Positions 51,220 to 61,209 of a stretch of 64,000 nucleotides of DNA are shown here, piece by piece. The notes below the pieces were generated by a model, which was given only the letters and a program-made list of their open reading frames with translations, was not told the origin of the DNA and searched no databases. The stretch lies in contig JAVRCJ020000004.1 of the NCBI GenBank assembly GCA_034530875.2, forward strand, positions 32,001-96,000, given 5' to 3'. The stretch is from Nostoc sp. DedSLP01 (GTDB lineage Bacteria > Cyanobacteriota > Cyanobacteriia > Cyanobacteriales > Nostocaceae). The number at the start of each line of letters is the position of its first letter. Position 1 is the first letter of the stretch. A program made the translations under genes and the position numbers.

Positions 51220-51582
51220 TTACAATTCCTCTTGAGACAAAAATGGCTCAAATGAGTGGTAAGCCTCATAATTACGAAAATGTCTTGCGTATAAATCTAG
51301 ACCATTACTAGCTGAATCAAAGTCATCATACAATACTGAATTCACATCTATCACTTGTTTCAAAGACCAGGTAATAGTTTCTCCTTCTTCATTTTTGTAG
51401 CTTACTTCTTGTTTTTTCCCATAAGTTACAGCTTTTTCTTTAGCTTTCTCTAAAGAAGTAGCTTTTATAAGTACAAAGCATTCTTGGTACAACGGTTGAT
51501 AATTCAGTGCATCGGAGGATGATTCATACAAAATGACAGCAATATAGAAAGATTCTTTCTTATCTACACTTTGGGATTTCAT
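51220..51582 (-). CDS. DUF4288-like protein
   Basis: ECFVLIKATSLEKA, YKNEEGETITW. Confidence 0.75.
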   Translation of the reverse strand: MKSQSVDKKESFYIAVILYESSSDALNYQPLYQECFVLIKATSLEKAKEKAVTYGKKQEVSYKNEEGETITWSLKQVIDVNSVLYDDFDSASNGLDLYARHFRNYEAYHSFEPFLSQEEL

Positions 51583-51633
51583 TTAAAATTCTTTAGGGCT
51601 ACTTCTTGAATCTACCATCATTCAATAATTTTG

Positions 51634-51660
51634 AGACGCGATAAATCGCCGTCTCTACAA
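51634..51660. repeat. REP-like palindrome (identical copy at 53494-53520)
   Basis: AGACGCGATAAATCGCCGTCTCTACAA (GTAG end on the - strand); related copies at ~30860 and ~37980. Confidence 0.75.
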
Positions 51661-51824
51661 GTCTTTTGGTCTTATCTGAACCCTATTGGATTTTATCTGA
51701 CTTTGAAAAATTACAAATTACGAATTACGAATTACGAATTACGAATTATCTTTATACTTGCGCTACGATATCCCCTATTGCCTTTGTGCAATGTAGGTGA
51801 GGAGTAGTCAGGAAAAACACGAAT

Positions 51825-52943
51825 ATGATACAAGAACTCAGTACACAAGCTACAGATAATCTAGTTACGATCGCCACTCAATTCGCCCGACTGGGGAAGG
51901 TTACAGCTACCAAACCATTTGGCAGTGGTAATATCAATGACACATTTCTGGTAACTCTAGATTCTTCAGAACAACAGTATTTTGTTCTACAACGCATCAA
52001 TACTCAGGTATTTCGCCAGCCAAAGCTGATTATGCAGAACATGTGTACCTTTACCGAACATGTTCGCAAAAAGCTACAATCTACTCCTTTAAATCGTCGC
52101 TGGGAAGTACCGCAAGTACTACTGACTCAAGACGAACAAAACCACTGGCGAGATGCTAATGGTTCCTTTTGGCGGGCGATTAGCTTTATTGAAGATTCAC
52201 AATCCTTTGATACCATGCACGATCGCTTTCATGCACAAGAAATCGGTTATGCCTTGGGCATGTTCCACAATCTGATCGGCGATTTACCACCACAAAAACT
52301 CGCTGATACCCTCGAAGGATTCCATATTACGCCGCTTTATCTCCAGCATTACGATGAAGTTTTAGCAAAAACCAAAGTACGTAAAACGCCTGAGGTTAAT
52401 TATTGCTTGCAATTTGTTAGCGATCGCCGTAACTTTGCACACATCCTAGAAAACGCCAAAACACAAGGCATTATACCGCTGCGTCTGATGCACGGCGATC
52501 CAAAAATTAATAATGTCATGTTCGACACAGCTACCCAGCAAGCCGTCAGCGTCATCGACCTCGACACCGTAAAACCCGGATTGGTACATTACGATATCGG
52601 CGATTGTCTGCGTTCTGGTTGCAATCCAGTTGGAGAAGAAACCGAAAATTGGGACAGCGTTTATTTCGACACCGATTTGTGCGAGGCAATTTTAGCAGGT
52701 TATCTTGGTGTAGCAAAAGCCTTCCTTACGGAAAATGATTATAACTATATCTACGATGCAATTCGTTTGATTGCTTTTGAATTAGGATTGAGATTTTTTG
52801 CTGACTATTTAGCAGGAAATGTCTATTTTAAAGTGAAGCATCCAGAACATAATTTAGCAAGAGCGATCGTTCAGTTTAAACTCACTGAAAGTATCGAATC
52901 TCAAGAAACGCAGGTTCGCAAAATTATCAAAGATATTAAATGA
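51825..52943 (+). CDS. Aminoglycoside phosphotransferase / N-acetylhexosamine-1-kinase-like protein
   Basis: GSGNINDT, LQRIN, HGDPKINN, IDLDT, DIGDCLRS. Confidence 0.88.
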   Translation: MIQELSTQATDNLVTIATQFARLGKVTATKPFGSGNINDTFLVTLDSSEQQYFVLQRINTQVFRQPKLIMQNMCTFTEHVRKKLQSTPLNRRWEVPQVLLTQDEQNHWRDANGSFWRAISFIEDSQSFDTMHDRFHAQEIGYALGMFHNLIGDLPPQKLADTLEGFHITPLYLQHYDEVLAKTKVRKTPEVNYCLQFVSDRRNFAHILENAKTQGIIPLRLMHGDPKINNVMFDTATQQAVSVIDLDTVKPGLVHYDIGDCLRSGCNPVGEETENWDSVYFDTDLCEAILAGYLGVAKAFLTENDYNYIYDAIRLIAFELGLRFFADYLAGNVYFKVKHPEHNLARAIVQFKLTESIESQETQVRKIIKDIK

Positions 52944-53479
52944 ATAACCAAATATTTTCTTTGCAACATTTTGCTTCCCAGGAATCCCCAGCTAATTTAC
53001 AAATTACAGGCAATATCAGCCGCAATTTTAATCAACTTAGCATCTGTTATAGCCTTACAGGTAACTTAGAAGAAATTGCGATCGCCCCACCATCAAACAC
53101 ACCATCGCGCAAAAATCAACTGTGGGAAGATACTTGCTTTGAGTTTTTCCTGGGCATCAAAAATTCTCAACAGTATTGGGAATTCAACCTCTCACCTGCT
53201 GGGCATTGGAACGTCTATCATTTTGATGGATACCGTCAAGGAATGCGAGAAGAAACAGGGTTAACAACACTGCCGTTTAAAGTTGACAATCACGCCGATA
53301 AATTCGTACTTACTTTGAATATGGATTTAGAGAAAATCATTTCGCCAGAACAAATAATAGAAGCTGCGATTACGACAGTTATTAAATCTAAAGATGGTGG
53401 CGTTACTTATTGGGCATTAACTCATCGAGGTGCAAAGCCAGATTTTCATTTACGAGATAGTTTTATTCTTGAATTGTAA
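52940..53479 (+). CDS. DOMON-like domain protein
   Basis: LWEDTCFEFF, YWEFNLSPAGHW, YWAL..PDFH; ATGA overlap with the kinase. Confidence 0.85.
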   Translation: MNNQIFSLQHFASQESPANLQITGNISRNFNQLSICYSLTGNLEEIAIAPPSNTPSRKNQLWEDTCFEFFLGIKNSQQYWEFNLSPAGHWNVYHFDGYRQGMREETGLTTLPFKVDNHADKFVLTLNMDLEKIISPEQIIEAAITTVIKSKDGGVTYWALTHRGAKPDFHLRDSFILEL

Positions 53480-53536
53480 TATTACCAATACAAAGACGCG
53501 ATAAATCGCCGTCTCTACAAAGGATTGATTGTAATA

Positions 53537-53740
53537 ATGTCTGATAATTCTCCGTTTCTAAATTCTGAGGAACTACAGCAATGGCATCAAGGGATAAAAG
53601 ATGCAAACCGTAATAATATTTACTGCCATTGTCGTACTTGCGGTTATGAATGGATAGATTCAGCATTTGATGTTACTTGTCAAAAATGCAGTAGTAAGAA
53701 TGTAGAAAGTATTTCATCTTGGCAATTTCCAGATGATTAA
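53537..53740 (+). CDS. Small zinc-ribbon protein
   Basis: CRTC...CQKC; start placed at MSDNS. Confidence 0.65.
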   Translation: MSDNSPFLNSEELQQWHQGIKDANRNNIYCHCRTCGYEWIDSAFDVTCQKCSSKNVESISSWQFPDD

Positions 53741-54304
53741 ATGAGAACGTTTATAAATATGCAACAAAATTGGTCGCAAGAAATTTATATCAAAGCCTTA
53801 GATAAAGCAGCACAGGCACATCACGGTCAGAAAATGCCAGGTTCAGAAATACCTTATATTGTTCACTTAAGTTGTGTGAGCATGGAAGTAATTGCTGCTT
53901 TAAATATAGAAAAAGAACGCGACGGAAACCTAGCAATTCAATGTGCTATTTTGCACGACGTAATTGAAGATACTGCAACAACATTTGAGGAAATCAAAAC
54001 TGAATTTGGTGAAGCGATCGCTAACGGAGTACTTGCACTAACTAAAGATAATTCCCTAGAAAAATATCTGCAAATGACAGATAGTTTACGAAGAATAAAA
54101 AAGCAACCGCCAGAAATCTGGATGGTAAAGCTAGCTGATAGAATTACCAACCTCCAAGCACCGCCATATTATTGGAATCAAGAAAAAATTATTAAATATC
54201 GAGAAGAAGCAATCCAAATTTATGAAACCTTAAAAGATGCAAGTCCCTTCCTTGCATCACGCTTGACTAACAAAATCGAAGACTACAAAGCCTTTATTAA
54301 ATAA
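53741..54304 (+). CDS. HD-domain protein, small alarmone hydrolase (Mesh1/SpoT-HD-like)
   Basis: AH.GQ, PYIVH, LHDVIEDT, VKLADRITNL; the start may be the ATG at 53759. Confidence 0.85.
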   Translation: MRTFINMQQNWSQEIYIKALDKAAQAHHGQKMPGSEIPYIVHLSCVSMEVIAALNIEKERDGNLAIQCAILHDVIEDTATTFEEIKTEFGEAIANGVLALTKDNSLEKYLQMTDSLRRIKKQPPEIWMVKLADRITNLQAPPYYWNQEKIIKYREEAIQIYETLKDASPFLASRLTNKIEDYKAFIK

Positions 54305-54416
54305 TCAATCTATGCAAAATTACCCGTCACATTCTTCTCTCTCAATTCTCCTCTCCGCGCCTCTGCGTCTCTGCGTGAGCTAAATCTTATCCACAAAATA
54401 AATTACTAGAGATAAA

Positions 54417-55163
54417 ATGATGGAATTACTAGAACTAATTTTAATCTTAGCCACAGTAGTTGGCGTTGCAGATGCAAATACAATTTCAGTTAAAGATGAT
54501 GCAGGACAACCAATCACTGTAAAACTAGCCTGTATCAATACGCCCAAAACAACTAGCCAGCCATCAAAGTTAGCCGCAACGCAAAGGTTAAAACAACTGC
54601 TTCCGCCTCAAAGCCCTGTGGTGATTAGAAATACAGAACAACTAAACAATGGTCGCACCATTGGCGAAGTATATGTAGATAATCGTTCAATTAATCTGCT
54701 TTTAGTACAAGAAGGTAATGCTGTAGTTGACCGAGACTCTTTATCCAACTGTTACGAAACCAAAACCCAATATTTAATTGCCGAAGCCAATGCTAAAAAT
54801 AAACATTTAGGATTGTGGCAACAATCAAATAAAAATATAAATCAATCAAAAACATCTACTTTGCGAGGGAAATTAGTTTATGAAGAAATTCCTCCTGTGA
54901 TGTCAACTAGAGCTTATGAAGGTAACGAGTTTTTTCTAATTACTAATTCTCCTAATCAAAATCGTTTAGTACTGCGTCCATCCGTTCAAGTTTCTCATTC
55001 TCAATTGCGATCGCTTAATAATAAAGAAGTTGAAATAACAGCGGTGTATGTTGAAGGAACTCGCCCTTCATCTACTAAAAATGCTTGTCCGATTGAGCTT
55101 AACGGGCAATGTATGCCCCAAGGTCAGGGTTATCAAGTTTTGTCTATAGTGCAGTTGAAATAG
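54417..55163 (+). CDS. Thermonuclease (SNase)-like exported protein with an extra C-terminal domain
   Basis: VKLACINTP, NGRTIGEVY, INLLLVQEGNA, AEANAK..HLGLW. Confidence 0.8.
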   Translation: MMELLELILILATVVGVADANTISVKDDAGQPITVKLACINTPKTTSQPSKLAATQRLKQLLPPQSPVVIRNTEQLNNGRTIGEVYVDNRSINLLLVQEGNAVVDRDSLSNCYETKTQYLIAEANAKNKHLGLWQQSNKNINQSKTSTLRGKLVYEEIPPVMSTRAYEGNEFFLITNSPNQNRLVLRPSVQVSHSQLRSLNNKEVEITAVYVEGTRPSSTKNACPIELNGQCMPQGQGYQVLSIVQLK

Positions 55164-55461
55164 GAATTGGAAATTAGAATTCAGTAAAAACGGTGCCTTA
55201 GGACTAACATCCATAACGCACCCTACTAAAGTGCGATCGCACTTCAGAAAATACTTCTAATAACAGATGACTTCCTAATTGGGAAAGAGATAATTAATAG
55301 TTCGTAATTCGTAATTAAACAGATACAAGCCCCTTGATTCATTAATGAAAACATAAAAACCCTCTATATCATTAATTTCAAGCTCCCGACTTCAGTCGTA
55401 GGTTAGAAATTACGAATTACGAATTACGAATTACGAATTATTCTCACTGGGAGATTATTTG

Positions 55462-56442
55462 ATGAAAACTAGAAAGCTAGGCAAACAAGGGTTAGAAGTT
55501 TCAACTATTGGACTTGGTTGTATGGGAATGTCCGAGTTCTATAGCGGTCGTGACGAACAAGAAGCGATCGCCACAATTCATCGAGCATTAGAACTCGGAG
55601 TTAATTTTCTCGATACAGCAGATATGTACGGGCCTTTTACTAACGAACAATTAGTAGGCAGAGCAATTAAAGACCGCCGCGATAAAGTAGTGTTGGCAAC
55701 CAAGTTTGGTAATGTCCGCACTGAAGATGGTGGCTGGAAAGGCATTAGTGGCAAACCAGAATACGTCCGTCAAGCTTGCGATGCTTCCCTAAAACGCCTG
55801 GGAATTGATGTCATTGACCTTTATTATCAACATCGGGTAGATCCAACCGTACCCATTGAAGATACTGTCGGCGCAATGGCAGAGTTAGTTCAGCAAGGAA
55901 AAGTGCGTTATTTAGGACTTTCTGAAGCTGCTCCTGCTACAATTCGACGAGCGCAAGCAGTTCACCCGATTACAGCACTGCAAACAGAATACTCTCTTTG
56001 GAGTCGAGAACCAGAGGATGAAATTTTACCTACAGTGCGGGAATTAGGAATTGGATTTGTTCCTTATAGCCCATTAGGAAGAGGATTTTTATCAGGTGCA
56101 ATTACTAGCCCTGACGATCTTCCAGCTGATGATTATCGAAGAAATTCTCCCCGCTTTCAAGGTGAGAATTTCTATAAAAACCTGCAATTAGTCGAGCAAG
56201 TCAAAGAAATTGCCAGCGAAAAAGGAGTAACTGCTAGTCAGCTTGCACTAGCATGGCTTTTGGCTCAAGGAGAAGATATTGTGCCAATTCCTGGTACAAA
56301 ACGCCGTAAATATTTAGAGGAGAACATTGCAGCTACGGAAATTACTTTCACTCAAGAAGAGTTGAATCGAATTGAAGCAGTTGCACCCAAAAATGTTGCA
56401 GCAGGCGATCGCTATCCTGACATGAGTAGTGTTAACCGTTAG
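55462..56442 (+). CDS. Aldo/keto reductase
   Basis: [42 protein letters not shown]. Confidence 0.95.
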   Translation: MKTRKLGKQGLEVSTIGLGCMGMSEFYSGRDEQEAIATIHRALELGVNFLDTADMYGPFTNEQLVGRAIKDRRDKVVLATKFGNVRTEDGGWKGISGKPEYVRQACDASLKRLGIDVIDLYYQHRVDPTVPIEDTVGAMAELVQQGKVRYLGLSEAAPATIRRAQAVHPITALQTEYSLWSREPEDEILPTVRELGIGFVPYSPLGRGFLSGAITSPDDLPADDYRRNSPRFQGENFYKNLQLVEQVKEIASEKGVTASQLALAWLLAQGEDIVPIPGTKRRKYLEENIAATEITFTQEELNRIEAVAPKNVAAGDRYPDMSSVNR

Positions 56443-56726
56443 TATGGTCAGTTAAGCTAATAATCATTCAAATAGCATCCCCGCCTCTTTCTGAGGCTAA
56501 GGATTATGCAACTTAAAGGCGGATTAGCTTTACTATAGCTGCCGCCAGTTACTTTACCTCGAAAAACTATGTACTGGTAAAGGTTATAAAACTTCGTCTT
56601 AGTCTACGGCGTCAAACTTAACATCAAAACCACATTGTTTCAATCTTTAACAGATGATTCGTAAATAAATGAGTTGATTTCTAAGGCACTATTTAGAGAT
56701 GATGGTGAGGCTTAGAGAACGAAAAA

Positions 56727-57206
56727 ATGTCTAATTATCCTACTATTGAGATTAAACAGGCAATCCTAGAAGATGCTTCTAAAGTTTTGCCACTCCTGAC
56801 TCAGTTTTTCACAGATGAAGGATTTGACGCAGTTGTTGAAAGGCTACCCACAGCTCTAAATGCAATGCTCAAAGATCCTGGCAGTGCTATTTTTGTTGCT
56901 AGTCATGGATTAGAAGTAATAGGTGTAGCAACTGTAACCACAACATCTGTTGGACTAGAATTTTCTCGGTATGCAGAGTTAGAGGATCTCTACGTTTTAC
57001 CTCAAGCACGACAACAAAGAGTAGGTCAAGCACTTATTGATAGTGTTAAGCAGTGGTGTTATCAAAATGGGTGCAGTGTTTTATCAGTTGTAGTTACACA
57101 AGAAGACCAAGCAAATCATAACTTAATCGGCTACTACCAGAAACACGGTTTTCAAAAAAGTGAACGATTTACTCTCTTTTACTACTTCAGCTCTACTCAA
57201 GTGTAA
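56727..57206 (+). CDS. GNAT family N-acetyltransferase
   Basis: LEDLYVLPQARQQRVGQAL motif A; YYQKHGF. Confidence 0.88.
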   Translation: MSNYPTIEIKQAILEDASKVLPLLTQFFTDEGFDAVVERLPTALNAMLKDPGSAIFVASHGLEVIGVATVTTTSVGLEFSRYAELEDLYVLPQARQQRVGQALIDSVKQWCYQNGCSVLSVVVTQEDQANHNLIGYYQKHGFQKSERFTLFYYFSSTQV

Positions 57207-57254
57207 TGTTAGCTCTAATTCGTAAACAGCAATCAAAATATGTTTCAATCCCTC

Positions 57255-57385
57255 ATACCAATTTTCTATGAAGATGCGCCTAATTATTTTGGAATGTAGC
57301 GAATTAACCTCAGCGTCCCTTTGCGCTAACCTCAGCGTACCTTTGCGTTGAAAATATTTGGCGCAGCCCCATAAAGAAACGGTAT
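57255..57385. mobile_element. MITE-like insertion splitting the trailer CRISPR repeat
   Basis: Imperfect TIRs ATACCAATTTTCTATGAAGATGCGCC / GGCGCAGCCCCATAAAGAAACGGTAT lying between two half-repeats. Confidence 0.7.
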
Positions 57386-57454
57386 CATAGGCATTTTACA
57401 GCGAATTGCAATCTCAATAAGCCCTCACCTGCTGTTAGGAAATCCCAGCCGTGC

Positions 57455-59293
57455 GTTTCAATCCCTAATAGGGATTTTAGTTAATTGCAATTTCTAATAA
57501 ACTATTTGTAAGTTTAGTTAATAGGTTTCAATCCCTAATAGGGATTTTAGTTAATTGCAATTCTATCAATAACTCCTGTCTTCCTATGGTGTAATGTTTC
57601 AATCCCTAATAGGGATTTTAGTTAATTGCAATGACTAATACAGAAGTCCCCTGAGTCTTCAGGGCGTTTCAATCCCTAATAGGGATTTTAGTTAATTGCA
57701 ATAATAGTGGCGTACCAATTGAAACGTTGGAGCACAAAGTTTCAATCCCTAATAGGGATTTTAGTTAATTGCAATTTCAGGCTTATCCAGGAAATAAGCC
57801 AGTAATTAAATCGACTGTTTCAATCCCTAATAGGGATTTTAGTTAATTGCAATGTTACGATCCGTTTTGGGATGAAATCGAAACTGCTCCAGGTTTCAAT
57901 CCCTAATAGGGATTTTAGTTAATTGCAATAAGCCTAAAAGGTGCGTAATCGCTCTCTCACAGGTTTCAATCCCTAATAGGGATTTTAGTTAATTGCAATT
58001 CCCGTCAATGTACAAACAGGTATTGATAATGCGTTTCAATCCCTAATAGGGATTTTAGTTAATTGCAATTACCCTTACCCTATCTATGTTATATGAATAT
58101 AGTTTCAATCCCTAATAGGGATTTTAGTTAATTGCAATTTCATTTTTGAGAGCCTTAGTAAGTAATAAAGTTGTTTCAATCCCTAATAGGGATTTTAGTT
58201 AATTGCAATGATGTTAGTAGCATCAATCAACTAGAGGTAATTTCGTTTCAATCCCTAATAGGGATTTTAGTTAATTGCAATTAATCCCCGAAATTTGCTG
58301 AATCACTTTTAAGGGGTTTCAATCCCTAATAGGGATTTTAGTTAATTGCAATTAAAAACGCGATTCGATTGTAAATGCATATTAAGTTTCAATCCCTAAT
58401 AGGGATTTTAGTTAATTGCAATTTCTGGTTCTGTGGAAACAGAAGTTACATTTGTTTGAGTTTTGTTTCAATCCCTAATAGGGATTTTAGTTAATTGCAA
58501 TATTTTACTTCTACATCAAGGAACTGCTCGATCGTGTTTCAATCCCTAATAGGGATTTTAGTTAATTGCAATCCAAGCTTCACCTACGGTCAGGAATATT
58601 ATCTCTGGTTTCAATCCCTAATAGGGATTTTAGTTAATTGCAATCCTTGCCCCCCGGTAGCTGCTCTAAAAGGTAAACACCATGTTTCAATCCCTAATAG
58701 GGATTTTAGTTAATTGCAATTCCGGAGAGAGGGGCGGGAGGGTGAGGGTGAGGAAAGTTTCAATCCCTAATAGGGATTTTAGTTAATTGCAATTACCAGT
58801 ACCAGCAATGGGGTCGGTAATGGTCGGGTTTCAATCCCTAATAGGGATTTTAGTTAATTGCAATTTGATTAGTGAGTTTTTCAGATTCTTGACAACGTTT
58901 CAATCCCTAATAGGGATTTTAGTTAATTGCAATCTGGCAGTAGCAATGGTGCTTGTCCCACCTATACATTTTTCGTTTCAATCCCTAATAGGGATTTTAG
59001 TTAATTGCAATAATATATTTTTTTTAACCAACTCCTGAAAGTGTCGTTTCAATCCCTAATAGGGATTTTAGTTAATTGCAATTTACGAGTCTTGGCTGCA
59101 TTAGAGTACTCGGCATGTTTCAATCCCTAATAGGGATTTTAGTTAATTGCAATAATTCCTTAACAATACTCCTCGCAAGTGGAAAGAGTTTCAATCCCTA
59201 ATAGGGATTTTAGTTAATTGCAATGTTACGTCATTCGCGAAGAGGTCATGGAATACGTTTCAATCCCTAATAGGGATTTTAGTTAATTGCAAT
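57455..59293 (-). CRISPR. CRISPR array: 26 identical 37-bp repeats and 25 spacers of 32-42 bp, plus a degenerate split repeat at 57242-57412; type I-D-like repeat; no cas genes in the window
   Basis: Repeat (+) GTTTCAATCCCTAATAGGGATTTTAGTTAATTGCAAT; reverse complement ATTGCAATTAACTAAAATCCCTATTAGGGATTGAAAC ends in GAAAC; the degenerate repeat is on the left and the leader on the right. Confidence 0.98.
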
Positions 59294-59520
59294 CGCCGAC
59301 ACACGAAAGGCTTGCTGTATTTAGTTTTCAAGGTGCAGTTGCGCGGATGGAAGAATCATAACACAGAAAATAGTAGTAACACCAAAAGCAAATCGCTGAA
59401 ACTCAGTCTCCATAAGGTGCGCGGATGGTTCCAAATCCCTATAGCCCTCAAAACCTTATAAATATTGAGATGCAGCGATTTTTTGCTTGTTTCGATTTTC
59501 TACAGCTACCCATCCGCGCA
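59294..59520 (-). promoter_or_regulatory. CRISPR leader
   Basis: Non-coding, adjacent to the non-degenerate end of the array; holds repeated TGCGCGGATGG motifs. Confidence 0.7.
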
Positions 59521-59604
59521 TTTGGGAACGAAATTAGGCTAATTGCTCAGGACTACCAGCATTAAAATAAGCGATCGCCTAGCATTTACACACCTGCATT
59601 CAGA

Positions 59605-60696
59605 TTAATTTACCAAATCCGGAAACACCTCTTGCACGGCAGGATGCACTAAATGATGATTCTGCACGTTTACACCTTTAGCTAAGGCTGGATTAACTTC
59701 CAATGCCTTAATTCCCAAGTTCGCTAACTGCACGACATAAGGTAATGTACTGTTATTGAGTGCCTGAGTTGCCGTCCAAGGTACTGCTCCTGGCATATTG
59801 GGAACGCCATAATGCACCACACCCTCTTCGATATATACCGGATTTGTGTGAGATGTAGCATGTAAGGTTTCTACGCAACCACCTTGGTCAACAGCAACAT
59901 CAACTATTACCGAACCAGGATGCATTTGTTTGACCAATTCGCGGGATACTAATATTGGTGCTCTGCGTCCCAGTACTAAAACTGCACCTACGAGTAAGTC
60001 GGCTTCTTTGACAGCGGCTTCAATATGAGCAGAATTACTGTAAAGCAATTCGACTCTAGAACCAAATAAAGTTTCTAAATAAGATAATCGCTCCACACTA
60101 ACATCTAAAATCTGCACGCTAGCACCCATACCCACGGCAATTTTAGCTGCTTCTGTGCCGACAACACCGCCACCGAGAATTACGACTTTACCTGGTTTAA
60201 CTCCAGGTACGCCACCCAAAAGCACACCTCTACCGCCTTGCTGACGTTCTAGAAATCTCGCTCCAAATTGTACTGCAAGCCGACCGGCAATAACGCTCAT
60301 AGGAGTGAGCAAAGGTAGCCTGTTAGCGCCTGGTTGTTCTACAGTTTCGTAGGCGATCGCACAAGTGCCACAATCAATTAAATGCTCTGTGAGTTTGCGA
60401 TCGGCTGCTAAGTGTAAATAAGTAAATAATATTTGTCCTTTCTGCAAAAAAGTATACTCAGAGGACAGCGGTTCTTTGACTTTGACAACCAATTCCCGAT
60501 TCCAAGCTGCTTCTGCTGTGGGGACAATCTCTGCTCCAGCACTGATATAATCATCATCTGTGAATCCAGCACCATTACCTGCTTTCGTCTGGACGAAGAT
60601 GCTGTGACCATTTTCCCGCAGCACCCGCACGCTAGAAGGACTTAAACCTACTCGAAATTCTAGATCCTTAGTTTCCTTGGGAACGCCGATTTCCAT
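59605..60696 (-). CDS. ald: Alanine dehydrogenase
   Basis: IGVPKETK..E.RV, KVKEP, TYLHLAA, GGGVVG, VAVDQGGC, VPNMPGAVP. Confidence 0.96.
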   Translation of the reverse strand: MEIGVPKETKDLEFRVGLSPSSVRVLRENGHSIFVQTKAGNGAGFTDDDYISAGAEIVPTAEAAWNRELVVKVKEPLSSEYTFLQKGQILFTYLHLAADRKLTEHLIDCGTCAIAYETVEQPGANRLPLLTPMSVIAGRLAVQFGARFLERQQGGRGVLLGGVPGVKPGKVVILGGGVVGTEAAKIAVGMGASVQILDVSVERLSYLETLFGSRVELLYSNSAHIEAAVKEADLLVGAVLVLGRRAPILVSRELVKQMHPGSVIVDVAVDQGGCVETLHATSHTNPVYIEEGVVHYGVPNMPGAVPWTATQALNNSTLPYVVQLANLGIKALEVNPALAKGVNVQNHHLVHPAVQEVFPDLVN

Positions 60697-61209
60697 ATAC
60701 CGCCTCTGAATAATTTTTTTTGTTTAATAACTGTAGCCGGCTAATTTCAAGCTTGCTACTTTCATATTGGGGATAGCTGTATTAAAAATAGCTATTCTCT
60801 ATTTTTTGCCAGTCAATTTCATCTGAGTACCTGCAAACTCTGACGCTTGACTATTGCTTGAGTATCCATACAATATATAAAGAATAATAACAATTTTTCA
60901 AAAGAAGGATTGTAGTGTATACCTCACTTCTAGTAAGTTTTGGTTGAATTTCTCAAATCGTCTTGAGATTCAAGCACTGCGATCGCTCATCAGCTGGCAA
61001 AATGGGCTAAAAGTTAAGGAAAGAAAAAGAAATTAATCGCTTTAACTTCGATCTCAAATCTGGTTAAAAACTTATTCTTAACATCTCTTTGACTAAGAGC
61101 GTCAGCCTTAGCGATGGGTGGTTAGCCGTAAGATGATATGACCCTTTGCCCGACTCAAACCACCAAGTTTATTCTCAACTCCCGTTTGCCAAAAAGAGGT
61201 TTCTAAAAA

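Noticed and set aside
51220..57206. Integron-like cassette array
   Set aside because: No integrase and no consistent attC-type sites; the intergenic repeats are REP/STRR types
54417..57206. Nuclease, HD or GNAT genes as a novel Cas module for the adjacent array
   Set aside because: The HD protein is SpoT/Mesh1-like rather than Cas3-like, the nuclease looks exported and degenerate, and the genes lie at the trailer end; proximity alone is insufficient
58495..59038. ORFs 58495-58713 and 58787-59038 with repeated FQSLIGILVNCN
   Set aside because: They are translations of CRISPR repeats
60697..61209. NtcA or HLR1 sites upstream of ald and the HLIP gene
   Set aside because: No convincing GTA-N8-TAC or paired HLR1 motif found by eye
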